From an uncultured Gammaproteobacteria bacterium (GTDB taxonomy: Bacteria; Patescibacteriota; Patescibacteriia; UBA11705; DATKZF01): 64,000 nucleotides of DNA. Made by a program: the position numbers and the translations under genes. The first letter of the stretch is position 1; each line of letters begins with the position of its first letter. The notes under the pieces were generated by a model that did no database searches, was not told the DNA's origin, and saw only the letters and a list, made by a program, of their open reading frames with translations. Shown piece after piece: positions 48,684-56,372 of this stretch. The stretch is from positions 98,141-162,140 of the forward strand of contig CAYPKD010000002.1 in NCBI GenBank assembly GCA_964411255.1, written 5' to 3'.

Positions 48684-48896
48684 TTATTTTCCTTTCACCA
48701 GGATTTGTGGTTCTTGGCCAGATCCTTGGCATTGTACATCTGACCCATTGAATTTGTGAGGAGCCATTATATAGTCCTCACAAGGCTCATGTAGAATTTG
48801 ACAGAGAAAAGGATCTTCTTTTGTGTCAGATGGTTTACAGCTATGAATAACCGGATGAACTGACTGACAATAGCAGCAGACGCCCTTTTTATGCAT
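48684..48896 (-). CDS. CCHC zinc-finger-like microprotein
   Basis: GVCCYC..PH..QCQGSGQEP; AGGAG SD. Confidence 0.75.
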   Translation of the reverse strand: MHKKGVCCYCQSVHPVIHSCKPSDTKEDPFLCQILHEPCEDYIMAPHKFNGSDVQCQGSGQEPQILVKGK

Positions 48897-49018
48897 GTTT
48901 TTCTCCTATATAAGGTTCAAAGTATTATACCATACATTATTCTTTTTGTCAACATTTTCGTGTATTTTTAGGTAAAATTGTGATAAAATATGTATTAGAT
49001 TCATAAATATTAAATAAT

Positions 49019-49618
49019 ATGGACAATTTATATTCACTTCCTGATCTTCCATATGGATATGCAGATCTTGCTCCTCATATTTCTGAAGAGCAATTAACAA
49101 TTCATCATACTAAACATCACCAAGGCTATGTCAATGGAGCAAATACAATTTTTAAAATACTGGATGATGCTCGGAAAAATGGTTCAGAATATGATGTCAA
49201 AGCCACACAAAGGGAATTATCATTTAATGTTGCTGGACATTTGCTTCATGCTCTTTTTTGGACAAAAATAGCTCCAGCAGGCAAAGGTGGCGAACCAGGG
49301 GATATTGGGAAATTATTAGAAAAGGAGTTTGGATCAATTGAGCGATTTAAAGAAGAATTTACTAAAGTTGCAGTTTCTGTGGAAGGCTCTGGCTGGGCAG
49401 TCCTGGCCTATGATCCTTTAGTAAAGAAATTAATGATTATGCAAATTGAAAAGCATAATATGAATCTAGTGCCAAGTTTGCCAGTTTTAATGGCAGTTGA
49501 TGTCTGGGAGCATGCTTATTATTTAGATTATAAAAATGAAAGAGGCAAGTTTGTGGAGGCTTTTTGGAATATAGTGAATTGGAATGGAATCAATGAAAGA
49601 TTTAAAAAATTTCAATAA
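49019..49618 (+). CDS. sodA: Fe/Mn superoxide dismutase
   Basis: [35 protein letters not shown]; metal preference not determinable. Confidence 0.95.
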   Translation: MDNLYSLPDLPYGYADLAPHISEEQLTIHHTKHHQGYVNGANTIFKILDDARKNGSEYDVKATQRELSFNVAGHLLHALFWTKIAPAGKGGEPGDIGKLLEKEFGSIERFKEEFTKVAVSVEGSGWAVLAYDPLVKKLMIMQIEKHNMNLVPSLPVLMAVDVWEHAYYLDYKNERGKFVEAFWNIVNWNGINERFKKFQ

Positions 49619-49637
49619 ATATTACTTGAAATAGATT

Positions 49638-49785
49638 TGCGGCTCTGATAGGATAGTTAGAGCCGCATTTTTATCCTGGATTACTCGGGGCAGCAGAGCT
49701 ACCCCTCGACCTTGAATTGCAGGATAAAAATGCGGCACTTCAGCTTTGGACTGCCTGATGCTGAGGGGTAGCTCTGCTGCCCCGA
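49638..49785. repeat. interleaved perfect inverted repeats (17 bp and 23 bp) overlapping a terminator-like hairpin
   Basis: 49662-49678 pairs with 49720-49736; 49685-49707 pairs with 49763-49785. Confidence 0.8.
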
Positions 49786-49820
49786 CCAAAACTACAGGCC
49801 AAGGCTGGGAATTTTTTCTT

Positions 49821-50444
49821 ATGCAAAAATTATTAGAACAAATCCAGGAATTAAAAAAATCCCCTGTCAAAAAGCAAATTGATCAGCGGATTTTAGAATT
49901 TAAAAAAGCAGGACAGTCTTCTAATAATACAATATTTAAGGAATTGTGCTTTTGCATTTTGACTGCTAATTCTACTGCTGAGCGTTGTATTGAAGTGTGT
50001 ACTAAAGTAGGTAATGGTTTTTTGAATTTGCCTGAACAAGATTTGCAAAAGCTATTAAAGACCTGCGGCGCCAGATTCCATACCAAACGCGCAAATTATA
50101 TTGCAGAATCTCAAAAGTATAAAAATGAATTGAAAAAATTAATGAAAGAATTGGATGAATTTGAAATGCGCGAATGGTTGATTGAAAATATTAAGGGTTT
50201 GGGATGGAAAGAAGCAAGTCATTTTTTAAGAAATATTGGTTACAAAAATGTGGCCATAATTGATTTTCATATTATTGATTTATTAGAAAAGCAAAAATTA
50301 GCTGTTCGTCCCAAGACTTTAAATAAAAAAACATATTTAGAAATTGAAAATGTTTTAAGAAAAGTAGGAGAGAAGGTCAAATTGAATTTAGCAGAACTTG
50401 ATTTATATTTATGGTATTTGGAGACTGGAACAGTTTTGAAATAA
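49821..50444 (+). CDS. ogg: 8-oxoguanine N-glycosylase/DNA lyase (Ogg2-type)
   Basis: FKELCFCILTAN, RF..RA.YI, IKGLGWKEASHFLRNIG, AIIDFHI, LDLYLW; start ATG 49821. Confidence 0.92.
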   Translation: MQKLLEQIQELKKSPVKKQIDQRILEFKKAGQSSNNTIFKELCFCILTANSTAERCIEVCTKVGNGFLNLPEQDLQKLLKTCGARFHTKRANYIAESQKYKNELKKLMKELDEFEMREWLIENIKGLGWKEASHFLRNIGYKNVAIIDFHIIDLLEKQKLAVRPKTLNKKTYLEIENVLRKVGEKVKLNLAELDLYLWYLETGTVLK

Positions 50445-50553
50445 AAAGCAATTTACATATTCAATAAAAAACGCAGATTTATTTAATGCTGCGTTTTTTT
50501 GATATTTGTGATTTTTGAGTAAAAAAAGAAGCCCAGATATGATCCAGGCTTGG

Positions 50554-50796
50554 TTAGACAGATTGCATATTTTTAACATCAAGGTGCACACATACAGGAT
50601 AACCGTCAAAAGGAATTTCCAATAATGCCTGTATGGATTGAAAACTCACACAAGGAATTGAAATAGGTGTTATTCTGGCAATAATTGTTCTGTTTACAAT
50701 TTCAGCATGAAGTTCATATCCCAGGTTAAATGCCTTTTGTGCAAATTTAGTTAAAAAATGTGATAACACATGATCTGTCAGTGTTTGTTTGGCCAT
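50554..50796 (-). CDS. small hypothetical protein
   Basis: 80 aa with GGAGGA SD. Confidence 0.5.
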   Translation of the reverse strand: MAKQTLTDHVLSHFLTKFAQKAFNLGYELHAEIVNRTIIARITPISIPCVSFQSIQALLEIPFDGYPVCVHLDVKNMQSV

Positions 50797-50977
50797 TATT
50801 CCTCCTACACTTCATTTTACACAATTACAAGACAAAAACCAATGGATATGATAAAATGCTATTCTATTGTCATTTGAACATTGTATTCATCCTTATTTTT
50901 AAGGCTTGGCAAATCTAAGGGTGCAGGATATATTGGAATTAATTAGTTATATTAGATATAATTAATATAGTCAATTT

Positions 50978-52108
50978 ATGAAATTTACAGTAAAAAAACA
51001 AGCAAAAAAATCAAAGGCCAGATTAACTGAAATAGAAACTTCAAGAGGTAAAATTGAAGGTCCTTTTTTTATGCCAATTGCTACCAAAGGAGCTGTAAAA
51101 TATTTAACATATCAGGATTTGAAAGCGCTTGAAGCACAAATCATATTATCAAATACATATCATTTGTTATTAAAACCAGGCCAGGAATTAATGGAGAATT
51201 TTGGCGGATTGCATAAAATGATGAATTGGGATAAACCAATTTTAACTGACAGTGGTGGTTTTCAGGTTTTTTCATTAGCAAAGATTAGAAAATTAACAAA
51301 AGACGGAGTAGAATTTGCATCGCATATTGACGGATCAAAAATTATGCTTACTCCGGAAAAATCCATTGAAATGCAAATGACAATTGGTTCTGATATTATG
51401 ATGGTTCTGGATGTGTGCTGTGAGTTGCCGGCGACAAAGTCAAAACTCGAAGAGTCATTGGAGCATACTTATGAATGGGCAAAAAGATGTAAAGAATATT
51501 ACCAAAAAGCTCAGCTGGCTGAAGCCAGGCATAAAACTTCGCTTTTTGGAATCATACAAGGCGGAATCGATAAGGATTTAAGAATGAAAAGTGTTGAACA
51601 AATTACAAGTCTGGATTTTGATGGTTATGCAATCGGCGGCTTATCAGTTGGGGAAAGCGCTGAGGAAATGTATGAAGTTTTGGACTGGGTTTGCCCTGCA
51701 TTGCCAAAAGACAAGCCAAGATATTTAATGGGAGTTGGCCGGCCTGAAAATATTGTTGAAGCTGTAAAGCGCGGAATTGATATGTTTGACTGTGTCATTC
51801 CAACGCGTGAAGCCAGACATGGCAGATTATATGTTGTTGATGAAAATATTAAAATAGAAGATTTGATGGATGAGAAAAAAATAGCAGAAAAAGACTGCTG
51901 CTTTACCATGAATATTAAAAGTGAAGTTTTTAAAGAAAACTTTTCTCCTATAAATGAAAAAAGCAAATTTGAAGTATTAAAAAAATGTTCCAAAGCATAT
52001 TTGCGGCATTTGTTCGTTGTCAATGAGCCTTTGGCGCAAAGACTGGCTACTTTAAATAACTTAGAATTTTATTTAGAATGGATGAAGAATATTCGGAAAT
52101 CAATTTGA
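50978..52108 (+). CDS. tgt: tRNA-guanine transglycosylase
   Basis: NTYHL..PG, LTDSGGFQVFSL, GIIQGG, IGGLSVGE, PRYLMGVG, DMFDCV.PTR. Confidence 0.97.
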   Translation: MKFTVKKQAKKSKARLTEIETSRGKIEGPFFMPIATKGAVKYLTYQDLKALEAQIILSNTYHLLLKPGQELMENFGGLHKMMNWDKPILTDSGGFQVFSLAKIRKLTKDGVEFASHIDGSKIMLTPEKSIEMQMTIGSDIMMVLDVCCELPATKSKLEESLEHTYEWAKRCKEYYQKAQLAEARHKTSLFGIIQGGIDKDLRMKSVEQITSLDFDGYAIGGLSVGESAEEMYEVLDWVCPALPKDKPRYLMGVGRPENIVEAVKRGIDMFDCVIPTREARHGRLYVVDENIKIEDLMDEKKIAEKDCCFTMNIKSEVFKENFSPINEKSKFEVLKKCSKAYLRHLFVVNEPLAQRLATLNNLEFYLEWMKNIRKSI

Positions 52109-52242
52109 TTTATGGTCAATGGTTTTTGGGAGCTGGCAGCCAGTATGGTCTTTAGGTTTTGGTCATTGGAGAAATTATTTAATGACTAATGACTTTTGCC
52201 TAAACCGTCAGCCAAGACTAACGACCAATGACTGGTAAAATT

Positions 52243-52923
52243 ATGAGTAAATATTTTGAAGATAAACTTTACGAAATTGAAACAAAATTTTTAGTAAAAG
52301 ATGAAAAAGCTTTGGCTGTTTTGGAATCCTTTAAGAGTATTGCCGGCCTTGAATTAAAAAGTACAAAAGATATTAAAATTCATGATATATATTTTGAAAC
52401 CCCAGACTTTTATTTAATTAAAGAATGGTATGCTTATCGTTTCAGACAAAAAGATGACCAATATCATGTGGCATTTAAGCATAAACTTGGGGTGAGCGGT
52501 GATTCTACGCATGTTGTGGAAGAAGTTGAAGAAAAAATTTCTGAAGATCAAGTCAGTGATTTATTAAATCATAAACTGCAGATAAGGCCCTTTTTAGAGA
52601 CAAAAAAAATTATTGACCCAGAAAAATTGACTGAAAAGATAGAGGTTGACAATTTTAGAAAAATATTTGTATACTGTGATGATAAAGATAATTGCATTGA
52701 ACTGGCTTTTGATAATATTATGTCAAAGGCTAAAGGTATTGAATTAAGAGAAAAAGAGCTTGAAATAGAAGCACAAGGTATTGAAAAAGATGTTTATAAT
52801 AAATTCATTGAACAAATAAAAACAAAAATACCAGGACTTGAACCGACTGAACATGGTAAAATTGAAAGATTAATAATGCATATGGGAGAAAAGGTTAAAG
52901 ATATGAAGTATATGCAACTTTAA
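52243..52923 (+). CDS. CYTH domain protein
   Basis: EIETKF (ExExK), DIYFET, R.R, ELEIE. Confidence 0.85.
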   Translation: MSKYFEDKLYEIETKFLVKDEKALAVLESFKSIAGLELKSTKDIKIHDIYFETPDFYLIKEWYAYRFRQKDDQYHVAFKHKLGVSGDSTHVVEEVEEKISEDQVSDLLNHKLQIRPFLETKKIIDPEKLTEKIEVDNFRKIFVYCDDKDNCIELAFDNIMSKAKGIELREKELEIEAQGIEKDVYNKFIEQIKTKIPGLEPTEHGKIERLIMHMGEKVKDMKYMQL

Positions 52924-52941
52924 ATATATCAGGAGGAGAAA

Positions 52942-53130
52942 ATGGAGGAAGTACATGAATTTAGGAGAGGAGAACTTGTTTTAGTTCCAATGTATGGCAA
53001 AAGATCTAAAAATCTTGGAGAATTCAGATGTAGGCGGGGTAATAAGTATATCGTCAAGGTATTAGATGGTATTAATAAAGCATATGTTTTTAATTTGGAA
53101 GAGGTAAAGCCTTATCCAAAAAGCGCGTAA
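52942..53130 (+). CDS. small hypothetical protein (SH3/KOW-like)
   Basis: 62 aa, AGGAG SD, FRRGELVLV..KYIVK. Confidence 0.55.
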   Translation: MEEVHEFRRGELVLVPMYGKRSKNLGEFRCRRGNKYIVKVLDGINKAYVFNLEEVKPYPKSA

Positions 53131-53134
53131 ATCA

Positions 53135-53164
53135 AAACAGAACTGCTTGAGTTCTGTTTTTTTA
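53135..53164. terminator. bidirectional terminator
   Basis: AAAACAGAACT-GCTTG-AGTTCTGTTTTTT between convergent genes. Confidence 0.75.
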
Positions 53165-53174
53165 TGCGAAATAT

Positions 53175-53915
53175 TTAAGCTGCTTTTTCTTCTTCAAATA
53201 AAGGTGTTAGTTTCTCTTTTATATTCTTTTTATTTTTGCTTAAAATATCTATAATTGACTGCACTCCATCAACCTGTTCTCCTGATAAGGATATTTGATG
53301 TCGGCTGTGCATATTAAGAAATTTTTTACTATAGGTTAATACTTTATTTATTTGTTCATTTATTTCAGGTGTATCCTCATATTCATCAGGTAGGGCATTG
53401 TATAAATCTTCCACTCTTCGATAAAATCCTTTGGCTCCTTTTTCTTTGTCTTCCTCCATTTCTTTCATCACTTTGCCAATTTTTGCTAAGCCAGACATTC
53501 TTTCAGCCTGCATTTTATGCAAATCCTCAACATCCACTTTAGGACGTCGAATCGGTTCATGCTTAATGCCTTCTTTCTCAAAAAGCATTTTTTCTTTTTC
53601 AGCAACCCACTCATCAATATATGAAGGTCGCCGAGTTTTTGCTTTTAATGCTCTTTCTGAAGAAGATAAAGTACCCTGCATTTCTTTTGCAGTGTCAATC
53701 ATAAGTCCTTCAGCTTTTTGGCTTATGCCCTTAAGTTTTTTTGTTGTGTTTCCATCATATGCTTTTTGGGTGCCTGTTGCTTTAATATCCTCAACTTCTG
53801 TTTCCATTTCTTGAAGTTTAGATAATGCAAGATTTTCAGCTGAGGTCTTTTTCATTTCAGGAGTTTTAATTTGTTCTGCTGATTGCTGAGGTGAATTTTT
53901 TTCTCTCATTGCCAT
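53175..53915 (-). CDS. hypothetical charged helical protein
   Basis: 246-aa ORF, K/E rich. Confidence 0.65.
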   Translation of the reverse strand: MAMREKNSPQQSAEQIKTPEMKKTSAENLALSKLQEMETEVEDIKATGTQKAYDGNTTKKLKGISQKAEGLMIDTAKEMQGTLSSSERALKAKTRRPSYIDEWVAEKEKMLFEKEGIKHEPIRRPKVDVEDLHKMQAERMSGLAKIGKVMKEMEEDKEKGAKGFYRRVEDLYNALPDEYEDTPEINEQINKVLTYSKKFLNMHSRHQISLSGEQVDGVQSIIDILSKNKKNIKEKLTPLFEEEKAA

Positions 53916-53919
53916 ATAT

Positions 53920-54150
53920 TTATTGGTTAAGTTCTTTTTCTAGTTTTTTAATCTTCTCTTCATCTCTCTTTTTATTATGTTGTTTTATAATTTCAAGCTG
54001 TTCAATTCGTAATTGGGCAATCTTTTTTTGAAAATTTTTCCAGATTTTTTCAAGCTTTTCAATCTTTTCTTCTTCTGGATCCTTAGGATTTTGTTTAGCC
54101 ATATTTTTTCGAAAAAGTTTATTAAAGAAATTTTTAATTTTGTTCCACAT
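53920..54150 (-). CDS. small coiled-coil hypothetical protein
   Basis: 76-aa ORF abutting the 53915 gene. Confidence 0.55.
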   Translation of the reverse strand: MWNKIKNFFNKLFRKNMAKQNPKDPEEEKIEKLEKIWKNFQKKIAQLRIEQLEIIKQHNKKRDEEKIKKLEKELNQ

Positions 54151-54187
54151 ATTGTTTATTTAGAAGGCTTAATAAGGCGTAAGAGGG

Positions 54188-54283
54188 CCAGCCTTCGCAC
54201 TATTATGGTCGGGGCAGCGTCAGCCTTCGTTAAAACTTCGGCTGACAAGGAGTTACCCCTCAGCAATAGTGGCTTCGGCTGGT
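54188..54283. repeat. REP-like palindromic element(s)
   Basis: CCAGCCTTCG..GTCAGCCTTCGTTAAAACTTCGGCTGAC..GGCTTCGGCTGG, a GC-rich nested palindrome. Confidence 0.55.
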
Positions 54284-54408
54284 AAACTTAAGAAGGCAGA
54301 GAAGGAAACTATAGTACTTATATTATAACGAAAAACAGCCTTTTTCGCAACGTAACATAAAAATTACTATTTACTTTTTTCTTGGTTCTGCTAAAATATA
54401 AGAAACAT

Positions 54409-54729
54409 ATGATTCCAGAGCGATGGGAAGAAATTAAAGAGATGGCTCAAAAAAGCTTTGAAATATCTGACTTTGGGAAAGAGCCAATTGAAGATATTCC
54501 AAATGCCAAATTGGAATTTATTGAGTTTGATGGGCCGCTGGGCAAAATGCGTCTGGAATTTTCTACAAAGCCAAAAGTTTTAGATAAAAAAACCCTATAT
54601 TCTGGCAGAGCTGGAAGTGATGTAAAGGTTGATTATGTATATTCTGAAGATGAGCTGGTTTATACCCTAAAAGCGTATAAATGGGATGATGAGCTGGATG
54701 ATTGGGTTGAAGCTGAGTTTAATTTATAA
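54409..54729 (+). CDS. conserved hypothetical protein
   Basis: EFIEFDGPLGKMRLE..KPKVLDKKT.YS.R.GS; start ATG 54409. Confidence 0.75.
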   Translation: MIPERWEEIKEMAQKSFEISDFGKEPIEDIPNAKLEFIEFDGPLGKMRLEFSTKPKVLDKKTLYSGRAGSDVKVDYVYSEDELVYTLKAYKWDDELDDWVEAEFNL

Positions 54730-54834
54730 ATATAAGTAAGACAAGCAAGAAAGCAAGACTAGCAAGACAAGTTTTCAATAGATTATTTGTTTTACTTATC
54801 TCGCTTGTCTCGCTCGTCTCGCTTTTTAAAAAAT

Positions 54835-55608
54835 ATGGCCGCAATTATTCCACTTATCGTTATTGTACTGTTCATTATTTTGATCAGTCTGCGCCAGATC
54901 AACCAATATGAGAGAGGCGTAAAATTTACCATGGGTAAATACAGTGGCACTGTAAACCCTGGCTGGAGAATTGTACTTCCCATTTTCCAAAGCATGAAAA
55001 AAGTTGACCTGCGTGTCAAAGCAGTTGACGTGCCTGAGCAAAAGGCAATTACCAAGGATAATGTATCTGTTGGTGTAAATGCAGTTATTTACTGGAAAGT
55101 CGCTTCAGCTGAAAAAGCAGTGTTAGAAGTTGAAAGTTATTTCTGGGCAGTCTCACAGCTGGCTCAGACAACAATGAGAAATATTGTTGGTGAAGTTACT
55201 TTAGATGAACTTTTAAGTGAAAGAGATGCTATTTCTCAAAGGATTAAAGAAATTGTTGATAAAGCAACTGATGAATGGGGGATAAAAGTTAATAATGTTG
55301 AATTAAAAGATATTTTGCTGCCTGGTGATATGGAAAGAACCATTGCTAAACAGGCTGAGGCTGAGAGAGAAAGACGAGCTGTCATCATTAAAGCTAAAGG
55401 TGAGGTTGTGGCAGCTGAAAATTTGTCCAAAGCAGCATCTACTTTATCATCAGTTACTGGTGCATTGCATTTGAGAACTTTGCAATCAATTAATGATTTG
55501 AGCTCTGACCAGTCAAATACAGTAATTTTTGCTATGCCGCTTGAAATTTTACGGGCTTTTGAAAGCTGGAATCAAAAAGTTGAGTCAGATATTAAGCCAA
55601 GACAATAA
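54835..55608 (+). CDS. SPFH/stomatin (slipin) family protein
   Basis: QYERGV, VDLR, ITKDNVSV.VNAV, AQTTMR, QAEAERERRA, LRTLQ; start ATG 54835. Confidence 0.95.
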   Translation: MAAIIPLIVIVLFIILISLRQINQYERGVKFTMGKYSGTVNPGWRIVLPIFQSMKKVDLRVKAVDVPEQKAITKDNVSVGVNAVIYWKVASAEKAVLEVESYFWAVSQLAQTTMRNIVGEVTLDELLSERDAISQRIKEIVDKATDEWGIKVNNVELKDILLPGDMERTIAKQAEAERERRAVIIKAKGEVVAAENLSKAASTLSSVTGALHLRTLQSINDLSSDQSNTVIFAMPLEILRAFESWNQKVESDIKPRQ

Positions 55609-55623
55609 TAAATTAATTGAACT

Positions 55624-55655
55624 AAAAAAGAGGAGCCAGCTAGGCTCTCTTTTTT
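55624..55655. terminator. bidirectional terminator
   Basis: AAAAAAGAGGAGCC-AGCTA-GGCTCTCTTTTTT. Confidence 0.7.
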
Positions 55656-55684
55656 GTTGTTTGTTATTTGAAATATTTAGTATT

Positions 55685-56353
55685 TTACAGCTCTATTCCT
55701 ACCATATCGAGAGTAGTGAACTTTACAATGCCTTCTTGTTTTATTGTCTTAATCGTATCTGCAAATCTATTATTTTTTAGAATAAAGGTATAAAGATCTA
55801 AATCTGCTATTTTTTGATAAACAATTAAATCGTATTTTTCAGCTAATTGATTAATATCTTCTGCAGATGTGTTTTTATGAAAAGTAACTATTATTGTATT
55901 TTTCATGAAATTACTGACTGGTACATCTTCAGTTTCTAATATTTTCTCCTTTTCTTTTTTTGAGGAAACAACTTGCCTTTTTATTATTTCATCCGGAATA
56001 ATAAAATTATCAGGGAACATACTTGGTGTAAGTCGCCCTTTACCTAAGGGATTTGTCCCATCAATGATTTCCTTTTTGTCTGTTATTCCATCATTATCAG
56101 TATCTTCTTTTTGAGAGTCTGTACCAAATTTATTTTCAATTTCATCTTTAATCCCATCACCATCTGAGTCCTTGCTTAAAATAATTTTACTGGGCAGTTC
56201 TTCAAGAGTTTTTTGGGTTTCTTCTGAAATACGAATAGACTTTTTTTCAGGTTTTATTTCAACTTTTTTGAAGTAAAGTATAATGACTATAGCTCCAACG
56301 ATTAAGACAATTAATATAATTGTAAAAATTACTATATTCTTTTTGTTTTTCAT
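55685..56353 (-). CDS. membrane protein with TSP3-like Ca-binding repeats
   Basis: TM; DSDGDGIKD..E..GT, DTDNDGITD..E..GTNPL; C-terminal IIVTF subtilase-prodomain-like segment. Confidence 0.75.
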   Translation of the reverse strand: MKNKKNIVIFTIILIVLIVGAIVIILYFKKVEIKPEKKSIRISEETQKTLEELPSKIILSKDSDGDGIKDEIENKFGTDSQKEDTDNDGITDKKEIIDGTNPLGKGRLTPSMFPDNFIIPDEIIKRQVVSSKKEKEKILETEDVPVSNFMKNTIIVTFHKNTSAEDINQLAEKYDLIVYQKIADLDLYTFILKNNRFADTIKTIKQEGIVKFTTLDMVGIEL

Positions 56354-56372
56354 ATTATTAACTTATTTATAT

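Noticed and set aside
48470-48751. 93-aa plus-strand ORF
   Set aside because: Antisense to the motif-bearing CCHC microprotein genes
49622-49870. Minus-strand ORF and N-terminal extension of ogg from 49746
   Set aside because: Both lie over the inverted-repeat element; Ogg similarity starts near 49821
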